From a virus, in the IMG/VR virus record IMGVR_UViG_3300045988_031707, positions 1-5,496 of that record: a stretch of DNA of 5,496 bases; one strand, given 5' to 3'. A program made the translations under genes and the position numbers. The notes beneath the pieces were generated by a model. The model did not search any database. It was not told the DNA's origin and worked only from the letters and a program-made list of their open reading frames with translations. Shown piece after piece: positions 1 through 5,268 of this stretch (positions are counted from its first letter, which is position 1; each line of letters opens with the position of its first letter).

Positions 1-55
1 AGGTTATTATTCTACATAAGTGAATATTAGCATATAAGTTATTTTTGCTCTGAAT
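1..55. repeat. Terminal direct repeat, copy 1. Identical to 5442-5496. Assembly overlap of a circular genome with unit length 5441 nt.
   Basis: Base-by-base comparison shows 1-55 (aggttattattctacataagtgaatattagcatataagttatttttgctctgaat) equals 5442-5496. The repeat runs to the very end of the window and cuts through the 3' end of the VP3 ORF, as expected for a linearised circle. Confidence 0.95.
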
Positions 56-482
56 TACTCTCTCCTGCTACCGGAGTGACAGGTGCTACCGGAGTATCTA
101 CAATAGCTTTAGGTTTAAGGCCTAACTCTTCAAGCCTAGATACAACTTTAGCGTCAGTAGATGTTAAAGCATCAAGCAGCATTCGTGGGTCATTGCCAAA
201 TTCGGCACGGACACTAGAAGGCAAATCTGCAAATTCTGCATTAACATTAGCAACAAGGTTGCAGGCTGTTTCATAATCAGGTAAAAGAGTAGTATCACCA
301 TACTGCAAAGTAGCCGGGTCATGTGCTCCAACAGAATCGACAATGCCGGTAGTATTAAAGTTAGCAATAATATGATGAATATCACATTCCTCGGCAAATG
401 TTTGGTCAGCAAGCGAAGGCTGAGTAATTTCAACATGAGGTTTGGGCGGTTGCTCATCGTAAAGCGTATAAAACTTAGCCAT
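39..482 (-). CDS. VP3: Internal scaffolding protein VP3 (gokushovirus type), 147 aa
   Basis: The ORF starts at ATG 482 and stops at TAA 39-41, with an AAGGAG Shine-Dalgarno site 10 nt upstream. The pattern PSLADQTFaeECDIhhIi...tG....YGD...lpDYe.a.N.v....eF.dLPssVRaeFgNDP matches my recollection of the conserved core of Microviridae VP3 scaffolds. No search was run. Confidence 0.8.
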   Translation of the reverse strand: MAKFYTLYDEQPPKPHVEITQPSLADQTFAEECDIHHIIANFNTTGIVDSVGAHDPATLQYGDTTLLPDYETACNLVANVNAEFADLPSSVRAEFGNDPRMLLDALTSTDAKVVSRLEELGLKPKAIVDTPVAPVTPVAGESNSEQK

Positions 483-608
483 GCGTAAAAATCTCCTTTC
501 TTAACCTAACAAGGCGCGCAGGTTAGTTTTGCGTAAGGCTTAATTCTCGTCCGCGATTGTTACGAAGATGTAAAGTGATTGTTCCAGCTGGCGAACAGCT
601 AATTCCAA

Positions 609-1028
609 TCATACCGGCATAGCCGGTATATAAAAACAAAAAAGACGCTCAACATAACGCTGAACGCCTTTTAAGAGTTGCGGTATTACAACTTGCCTTG
701 TTAGCATTATACCACAACATTGGAAAGCGGGCAAGCGTACCTTATAACTACATTTTAGCAGTCTGGGGGGGGGAGTCAATAGTTCCGTAGCGGTAGACAA
801 AAGCAAAGTGGGATTTTGTGGGGAAAATGCGCACGTTTTATCATCAAACTCACCAAGATACATGAGAACGAAGTCCTCATGATAATCATGGATAATATTA
901 GAACGCTCCGGAGTAGAAGGCTGATTAACCATGATTTGGAACTGACGGATAGCCATAGCATTATTTTGTTGAACGAAGGGCGGATTCATCAGCTCACCCT
1001 TGCGGTCATAAATACAATAAAGTTTCAT
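609..1028 (-). CDS. VP5-like small non-structural protein. The start is well supported; the 3' end is uncertain and the real stop may be at 755-757 or 748-750.
   Basis: ATG at 1028 is preceded by GAGGTG with a 6-nt spacer. The GTG at 1037 used by the ORF track has no RBS. The N-terminal ~85 aa (MKLYCIYDRKGELmnPPFvqqNnamAIRqFq..VNqP.......H.EDFvLmyLGEFDDktc.fs) resemble the conserved ~85-100 aa gokushovirus ORF5/VP5 family as I remember it. After the C9 run at 765-773 the translation becomes Cys-rich and atypical, and it overlaps a promoter and a terminator. Confidence 0.6.
   Translation of the reverse strand: MKLYCIYDRKGELMNPPFVQQNNAMAIRQFQIMVNQPSTPERSNIIHDYHEDFVLMYLGEFDDKTCAFSPQNPTLLLSTATELLTPPPRLLKCSYKVRLPAFQCCGIMLTRQVVIPQLLKGVQRYVERLFCFYIPAMPV
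611..629 (-). other. GC-rich 8-bp hairpin with a 3-nt loop (ATACCGGC-tat-GCCGGTAT on the minus strand)
   Basis: ataccggc (611-618) and gccggtat (622-629) are exact reverse complements. The hairpin sits immediately 3' of the terminator U-tract on the minus strand and has no U-tract of its own. Confidence 0.6.
631..672 (-). terminator. Rho-independent terminator on the minus-strand transcript
   Basis: The minus-strand RNA reads aaaa-GGCGUUCAGC-guuau-GUUGAGCGUC-UUUUUUGUUUUU. This is a 10-bp stem (7 Watson-Crick plus 3 G-U pairs), a 5-nt loop and a U6-G-U5 tail. On the opposite strand the three G-U pairs become A-C mismatches, so the structure is specific to the minus-sense RNA. Confidence 0.7.
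706..734 (-). promoter_or_regulatory. Sigma70-type promoter with extended -10 (minus strand)
   Basis: The -35 is TTGCCC (734->729), the spacer is 17 nt, and TGg precedes a perfect -10 TATAAT (711->706). The predicted transcription start is near 699. It lies upstream of VP3, inside the 3' tail of the 142-aa ORF. Confidence 0.55.
765..773 (-). repeat. Homopolymer: G9 on the plus strand, C9 on the coding strand (encodes PPP)
   Basis: Counted directly as nine consecutive G at 765-773. It is the longest G/C homopolymer I noticed in the window. Confidence 0.95.
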
Positions 1029-1275
1029 TAATATCACCTCTTAAGTATTGAATGAGAACCTGTTTAGCTGCCATTGGCAGAAGAATGTAAACTTCATCAA
1101 AACAAATAATAGTTAATTGATTTTCTGCAACAATAGAATATTTCATACGTTCGCGATAGCCGCGAGCGCGAGAGTAAGTAGAAAAACGATAACCATATTT
1201 AGTTAGAAAATCATAAGCCTTGTTAAACTTATAATCATCAACACCAATAACACCTTCAGCGTAGTCTTTAAGCAT
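1006..1275 (-). CDS. Hypothetical protein, 89 aa (orphan/accessory ORF between Rep and the VP5-like gene)
   Basis: ATG at 1275 is preceded by GAGGTG with a 6-nt spacer. A predicted promoter lies about 25 nt further upstream. The stop is TGA at 1006-1008, overlapping the next gene start by 23 nt. I recognise no family motif. The 19 codons the ORF track adds upstream (to 1332) cover the promoter and have no RBS. Confidence 0.55.
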   Translation of the reverse strand: MLKDYAEGVIGVDDYKFNKAYDFLTKYGYRFSTYSRARGYRERMKYSIVAENQLTIICFDEVYILLPMAAKQVLIQYLRGDINETLLYL

Positions 1276-1300
1276 TACGCTCACCTCACTTTCTAAAAAT

Positions 1301-1329
1301 ATTATAACATGAGGAAGCGCAAAAGTAAA
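1301..1329 (-). promoter_or_regulatory. Sigma70-type promoter with extended -10 (minus strand)
   Basis: The -35 is TTTACT (1329->1324), the spacer is 17 nt, and TGt precedes a perfect -10 TATAAT (1306->1301). A short leader follows, carrying the GAGGTG RBS of the 89-aa ORF. Confidence 0.6.
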
Positions 1330-1369
1330 CAACTTTTAGCAACTTTTAGCAACTTTTAGCAACTTTTAC
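1330..1369. repeat. Tandem direct repeat: 4 x 10 bp (caacttttag x3, then caacttttac)
   Basis: There are three perfect units at 1330-1359 and a fourth at 1360-1369 with one mismatch. Each unit carries a T4/A4 tract, so the A-tracts are phased at about one helical turn. The last unit contains the Rep stop codon (1366-1368), and the array abuts the -35 element. Confidence 0.95.
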
Positions 1370-2310
1370 AAACCTAAATTATCAAAATCGCATTCAAATT
1401 GTTCCTGCCGGTGCTTCATAATTTTTTCGCGCGCTTCTAACCTTTTACAATCGATAACAGCAGCCTTTGCATTTTCGGCCTTTTGGTGCTTGTATATACT
1501 ATACCAAACGGGATTGCTGCGCTCAAATAATGTTTGATAATAGCGAGGTATTTTATATTTAGCTCCGTTAATTGTAACAAAACCTAATTTAAAAATATCC
1601 TCAGAGTAACGGTCAAAATAATCAGCTCCTATACCTGGCTTTAAAGAGCTGCCGACAAACTCCGGGGCAATGCCTAAAGCATCATACATACAGGCATTTT
1701 TACCGGTCTGCTTTTTAAGCGAATATTTAGCAACATACCGGGCAGATTCAAAAGTAATCGCACCAACAATACTGTAGCCATAAGGCCAAAGTTTCTCCAG
1801 CGTCGGAGAGCGAAAGAGATTATAACCAGATGTCAACGCCGAAACTTTCCGGACATCAGCAGGAAACCAACCAAAGCAAAGAATATGATAATGCGGCCTG
1901 CGATTAAGGTCGCCATACTCACCGCAGCACAGAAAACGTATCTTAGAATTGTCATGATAATCTAAATAGCGACGTAATCTCTTAAAAAAAAGTTGTAAGT
2001 GGTCGCGATGTAAAGAGCCGTCTGCTGGAAGGCAATCATCATTATAGGTCAGCGTGATGAAACAGTTATGCAAATGCAATTTAGCTTCGTGAACGCACCG
2101 AATAGCCCAGTCATTAGCTTTGTCCAAACGGCAACCAAGACATTGGCCACAGGGCACAACAACAGCATAATCATTAGCTAACTCAGCTTTAGCATATTCC
2201 AACGATTTACCGGACAACTGACGATAAGCAACAAAATTTGATAGCTCATACTTGCCGTTAGCGTTAGGCACAGCAGAGCGTTTAGCAAACATAGGATTAA
2301 GGCAAGTCAT
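1366..2310 (-). CDS. VP4: Replication initiation protein VP4 (HUH rolling-circle endonuclease, phiX174 gpA-like), 314 aa from ATG 2310
   Basis: The N-terminus MTCLNP fits the usual M-x-C-x-x-P start of gokushovirus VP4. The Cys cluster PCGQCLGCR is present. RCR motif 1 is FITLTY. The HUH motif is HYH (1885-1893, checked at nucleotide level). The two-tyrosine catalytic motif is YVAKY (1723-1737, also checked). The ORF track begins at GTG 2319, which remains an alternative start. No strong SD is present, and translation may be coupled to the upstream 37-aa ORF, whose stop is at 2326-2328. Confidence 0.93.
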   Translation of the reverse strand: MTCLNPMFAKRSAVPNANGKYELSNFVAYRQLSGKSLEYAKAELANDYAVVVPCGQCLGCRLDKANDWAIRCVHEAKLHLHNCFITLTYNDDCLPADGSLHRDHLQLFFKRLRRYLDYHDNSKIRFLCCGEYGDLNRRPHYHILCFGWFPADVRKVSALTSGYNLFRSPTLEKLWPYGYSIVGAITFESARYVAKYSLKKQTGKNACMYDALGIAPEFVGSSLKPGIGADYFDRYSEDIFKLGFVTINGAKYKIPRYYQTLFERSNPVWYSIYKHQKAENAKAAVIDCKRLEAREKIMKHRQEQFECDFDNLGL

Positions 2311-2325
2311 AATACACACAGCTTT

Positions 2326-2439
2326 CTACATGCGGATACCGCCGCGCATGTTGCGAGATTTAAGATTTTTGAGCCGCGGAACGGCATGATTGCGAAAGTT
2401 CCGGCGAGAGCTTCCGCGCGAAATTCTACTTCTTTTCAT
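2326..2439 (-). CDS. Small arginine-rich protein, 37 aa. Probable DNA-binding/packaging protein (phiX174 J / gokushovirus ORF8 analogue).
   Basis: Hand translation gives MKRSRISRGSSRRNFRNHAVPRLKNLKSRNMRGGIRM followed by TAG. It has 10 Arg and 3 Lys and no acidic residue. ATG at 2439 is preceded by AAGGAG with a 7-nt spacer. It sits directly upstream of Rep. It is too short to appear in the supplied ORF track. Confidence 0.7.
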   Translation of the reverse strand: MKRSRISRGSSRRNFRNHAVPRLKNLKSRNMRGGIRM

Positions 2440-2477
2440 GGCGTTTACTCCTTAAATAAATACCAAGGGTTAAAAGG

Positions 2478-2747
2478 TTAATTATTTTTTCCCAAAAAGC
2501 GGGAGTAGCTTTTTTCTTCCTGCGCAGCTGCTGCCGCGTGGCGAAAGCCATTTACATCATCTTGACCTCTTTTCTGCATATTAACAAGGTCATCCTGCAT
2601 AGCAAGCGAGATAGCTTTAAGACTTGCAGAGCCTTCACGGTTGTATTTACCGGTACGAAACATGTCGATAAAATCAACAACGTCTTGAATAAACGGAATA
2701 ACAGTAGAAACGAGGAAAGTCAGAATAGCAGTAGTTTTGTTGGACAT
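2478..2747 (-). CDS. Hypothetical membrane protein, 89 aa, with a single N-terminal transmembrane helix
   Basis: An internal ATG at 2747 in the 160-aa ORF is preceded by GAGGTG with a 6-nt spacer; this RBS overlaps the VP2 stop codon. The product MSNKTTAILTFLVSTVIPFIQDVVDFI... has one hydrophobic helix followed by a charged, Ala/Gln-rich tail. The 71 codons upstream in the ORF track overlap VP2 out of frame and are discounted. Confidence 0.6.
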   Translation of the reverse strand: MSNKTTAILTFLVSTVIPFIQDVVDFIDMFRTGKYNREGSASLKAISLAMQDDLVNMQKRGQDDVNGFRHAAAAAQEEKSYSRFLGKNN

Positions 2748-2757
2748 ATTAAACACC

Positions 2758-3558
2758 TCACTTAGAAAAATAATTAGCAATACCAGAAAAAAGACGATTA
2801 GCAGCACGTCCGACAGTATTCCAAGGTAATCCGTCATCAGACAAACCAAGATTTTTATAATCGGAATTGCGAGAAGTTTTGTAATCATAATCAGCCTTAG
2901 CAACATTGGATAACTGAGCATTATAAGCGGCAGAACTATTAGCAGCGTTACCTTGTGCAATCATCATGTTAGCTTGAGCGGGCATAACTACATCACGCTG
3001 ATAGAGAGCATTTTGGGTTTGCTCAGAAATTAACTGACCTTGCTTTTTAGCATTTTCCAAATTCTGTTTATACAAAGCAACGTTATCAGCATATGTATCA
3101 GTAGCCAATTTATTAGCAATAGTTTTTCCAGCAGCTTCAGCTTCAAAATTCTTTGCAGTAGCAGCATTCAAAAGAACATCAGAATCTAACTTTTTAACAG
3201 TACCTTCACCAACACGCTGGGCAGTATCAGCCTGTTTTTGAGCAGCCTTAGCAGAGCTACCAGCAGCCTGAGCGGACATACCAGCAGTAACGCCTTCGCC
3301 TAAATTATACTGACTAGCAAGAGCAGAAGCACCATTAACAGAGCCACCAATACCAGAAGTAGCAGCAAGCATAGGATTTAAACCAGCTTTCTGCATATCC
3401 TGCATAGACCACTGATAGCGATGCTGGTAATTGTATTGATTACGCTGATTAGCTACTGTTGCAGCATGGCGGTCAGCAGAGTTAGAAAGAGCACCACCAA
3501 TGATAGACGCAATGCCACCAGTAACAGATCCAAGAGCAGAGCCAAGAAAGGAACCCAT
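2758..3558 (-). CDS. VP2: Minor capsid / DNA pilot protein VP2, 266 aa
   Basis: ATG at 3558 is preceded by AAGGAG, which begins at the last base of the VP1 stop codon. The N-terminus is Gly-rich and hydrophobic (MGSFLGSALGSVTGGIASIIGGALS). The motif YQWSMQDMQKAGLNPMLA is present. A long Ala/Gln/Asn-rich region, probably coiled-coil, follows. All of this is typical of Microviridae VP2 and of its position after VP1. Confidence 0.85.
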   Translation of the reverse strand: MGSFLGSALGSVTGGIASIIGGALSNSADRHAATVANQRNQYNYQHRYQWSMQDMQKAGLNPMLAATSGIGGSVNGASALASQYNLGEGVTAGMSAQAAGSSAKAAQKQADTAQRVGEGTVKKLDSDVLLNAATAKNFEAEAAGKTIANKLATDTYADNVALYKQNLENAKKQGQLISEQTQNALYQRDVVMPAQANMMIAQGNAANSSAAYNAQLSNVAKADYDYKTSRNSDYKNLGLSDDGLPWNTVGRAANRLFSGIANYFSK

Positions 3559-3570
3559 TTAAACCACTCC

Positions 3571-5268
3571 TTAGAAATGACCCATCATACCGGGTATACC
3601 ATACATAGGCATCGGGCGAATACATTTCAAATTAAATTTAACGTCGAGCAAGAAGTGAGGATAAGACGGAACGGCAACAACACGACTAATAGGCGGGTGG
3701 TCTTGTATAAATTCATCCGAGAGCGTAGGCAACGTAGCAAATTTCTGTGACAAATGCCAAATGTCTAAAGGTTCTTTATAGGTTGAGCGGAATTGACCGG
3801 TAATCAAAGACGGCTTATAACGATATTCTGCATAGCGTTCTTGATAGCCAAATACCTTTTTATCATCTTCATTTCCTTGACAATAAATCTCAATATTTTG
3901 TATAGCCTGCTCGCCTAAGTGAGCAAAGGACGGCCAATAGAAATCCAAGACATCAGAACGCAGCCACATCTTGTTAACGCCTTGCTGATAAGTCAAATCA
4001 GCACGCACATTAATTAAACCGATAACATAACCAAATTCACTAAATGACTTAGTGAAAGCATGATAGCGTTGGGCATTTAAACCATATGCAGCTAAATTGC
4101 CTTGTGGAGTAGTGGAATCCGTGGAGCTTGTCTGAGTAACCGGGTTAATATTCATCATACTACTATGCGAGCCGAGGAACTCAGGACGTTGCAGCCGGGC
4201 ATCCGGATTAGTTACACCAAAGTGAACTTGTAATTTTTCCGTATAACGAGTACCACCACGAGCATCAATCTCATAATACCTTTGCAGCATAAACGCTTGA
4301 CGAAGCGAATTAATAGTTATTAAAGAAACATCGGACATATCAGCATAAACGCCAGTAGCATAACCAGATTCTTTAGTTGGTAAACCACCAAGACTCAAAT
4401 AGTTAGGATTAGTAAAAGAACCAGAACCGACAGCACCGATAGAAGCACCATTATTAGCAGCTAAAGTAACACGAGCGGAAGTATGAGAACCCTGAGTTTC
4501 ATACAAAGAAAGACCAGCCGTACCAGTACCAGCAAAATTGAGAGCTAAAGCACCATTACCATAAACGGGAGCTTGACCGCCTAAAGGCAAATCAACAGCA
4601 GGGCCTTTTTGTGGCCACGGCAGCGCACCGGTGAAATAGTCATATCTTTTTCCACGCGGAGCCGGGTCATACCAATTAGATACGCCGGACGGCAAACCAT
4701 AATTAGGATTAGCGGTAGATCGTCCCATAGGTTCCAAGACTGTGTTAGTTTCGCCTTTGCTAACCTTAACAGACTTTTGCAGGTTCTCATCTCTGAACCA
4801 CTCATTCCAAATGAGCCAATACGAACGAAACGGCAAGCAGTTGACGGAAACATTATTAAAAGTACCATTACTACAAGCAATACCCATATAATCGGGGAGC
4901 TTATTTGTCATATCACCGGTTAAGGAAACAGTAGGAACAAGATAATCCGTAGAATCTTCCGGATTCTCCTGCTCGCCGCACAAATTAACCCATTTATCAT
5001 ATACAAGGCGGGACGGAACAAAGAAGAAGAAACTCTCAATGTAAATGTTATCCATAAACGGAACGACCGGAGTAGCTAAACGGCAGAACTCCACAGGATT
5101 AAGAGTGAACGTATCGCCTGGAATAACCTCATCCACAAAGTAAGGAATGAGATGGCCTTCGTTAAAAGTTGTCTTGTAAACATGACTTCTATCGAAGACA
5201 GAACGGCGAATATTAGCTTGTGGAATCATCGCGAAATGCGATTGATTAACACGAATATTACGAGCCAT
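3571..5268 (-). CDS. VP1: Major capsid protein VP1 (Microviridae F-protein fold), 565 aa
   Basis: ATG at 5268 is preceded by AAGGAG with a 9-nt spacer. Hallmark blocks are present: IRRSVFDRSHvyKTTFneGhLIPyfVDEViPGDTF, ALPWPQKG, INsLRQAFmLQRyyEidARGGTRYtE...HFGV...DaRLQRPEfLG and FGYQERYAEYRYKPS. The size is typical of gokushovirus VP1. Confidence 0.97.
   Translation of the reverse strand: MARNIRVNQSHFAMIPQANIRRSVFDRSHVYKTTFNEGHLIPYFVDEVIPGDTFTLNPVEFCRLATPVVPFMDNIYIESFFFFVPSRLVYDKWVNLCGEQENPEDSTDYLVPTVSLTGDMTNKLPDYMGIACSNGTFNNVSVNCLPFRSYWLIWNEWFRDENLQKSVKVSKGETNTVLEPMGRSTANPNYGLPSGVSNWYDPAPRGKRYDYFTGALPWPQKGPAVDLPLGGQAPVYGNGALALNFAGTGTAGLSLYETQGSHTSARVTLAANNGASIGAVGSGSFTNPNYLSLGGLPTKESGYATGVYADMSDVSLITINSLRQAFMLQRYYEIDARGGTRYTEKLQVHFGVTNPDARLQRPEFLGSHSSMMNINPVTQTSSTDSTTPQGNLAAYGLNAQRYHAFTKSFSEFGYVIGLINVRADLTYQQGVNKMWLRSDVLDFYWPSFAHLGEQAIQNIEIYCQGNEDDKKVFGYQERYAEYRYKPSLITGQFRSTYKEPLDIWHLSQKFATLPTLSDEFIQDHPPISRVVAVPSYPHFLLDVKFNLKCIRPMPMYGIPGMMGHF

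Noticed and set aside
5-34. Possible sigma70 promoter on the minus strand just upstream of the hairpin (TTATAT - 17 nt - TAGAAT)
   Set aside because: The -35 matches the consensus at only 2 of 6 positions, and there is no proper extended -10 spacing. This is too weak to call from sequence alone.
1-55. Terminal 55-nt direct repeats read as LTR-like or transposon ends of a mobile element
   Set aside because: The repeats coincide exactly with the window ends and split the VP3 gene tail. The intervening sequence is a complete microvirus gene set, so the repeats are the overlap of a linearised circular contig.
76-276. 66-aa plus-strand ORF antisense to VP3
   Set aside because: This is an antisense shadow ORF inside a recognisable gene. 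It has no RBS, and Microviridae transcribe only one strand.
164-457. A 97-aa, very hydrophobic Leu-rich ORF embedded out of frame in the VP3 scaffold gene. It is tempting as an overprinted lysis gene, by analogy with phiX174 E inside D.
   Set aside because: No Shine-Dalgarno site precedes its ATG (upstream sequence ttatacgctttacg), whereas every other gene except Rep has a strong one. Leu/Ile/Phe-rich translations are expected when a T-rich coding strand is read out of frame. A rough stop-codon-frequency estimate predicts one or two ORFs of this length by chance in the alternative same-strand frames of a genome this size. It cannot be fully excluded without comparative frame-conservation analysis.
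523-612. 29-aa minus-strand mini-ORF (MIGISCSPAGTITLHLRNNRGRELSLTQN) in the leader upstream of VP3
   Set aside because: It has no Shine-Dalgarno site, its start codon is buried in the 3' arm of the 611-629 GC hairpin, and its composition is unremarkable.
776-961. 61-aa minus-strand ORF embedded out of frame in the VP5-like gene
   Set aside because: It has no RBS, lies entirely within a better-supported frame, and has a Leu/Ser-rich shifted-frame composition.
816-1031. 71-aa plus-strand ORF antisense to the VP5-like gene
   Set aside because: Antisense shadow ORF with no RBS and no supporting signals.
1276-1332. N-terminal 19-codon extension of the 108-aa ORF (MFTFALPHVIIFLESEVSV)
   Set aside because: The extension is made of the predicted promoter (-35, -10) and the RBS of the internal ATG at 1275, and no RBS precedes position 1332.
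1330-1369. The 10-bp tandem repeat read as a CRISPR array or minisatellite
   Set aside because: The units are contiguous with no spacers, are only 10 bp long and occur in four copies. This is incompatible with a CRISPR array.
2538-2765. 75-aa plus-strand ORF antisense to the 89-aa membrane-protein gene
   Set aside because: Antisense shadow ORF with no RBS.
2748-2960. N-terminal 71-codon extension of the 160-aa ORF (MHKVTLLIVL...)
   Set aside because: It overlaps the VP2 3' end out of frame, is an extreme Leu/Ile-rich shifted-frame translation, and has no RBS. The internal ATG at 2747 has a GAGGTG RBS placed exactly after the VP2 stop.
3421-3750. 109-aa plus-strand ORF antisense to the VP2/VP1 junction
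   Set aside because: Antisense shadow ORF spanning two well-supported genes. Its Arg/Ser/Asn-rich composition is typical of antisense reading.
4581-4880. 99-aa minus-strand ORF embedded out of frame in VP1
   Set aside because: It has no RBS and an unremarkable shifted-frame composition. It lies wholly within the well-supported VP1 frame, and its length is consistent with chance.
4609-4923. 104-aa plus-strand ORF antisense to VP1
   Set aside because: Antisense shadow ORF with no RBS.
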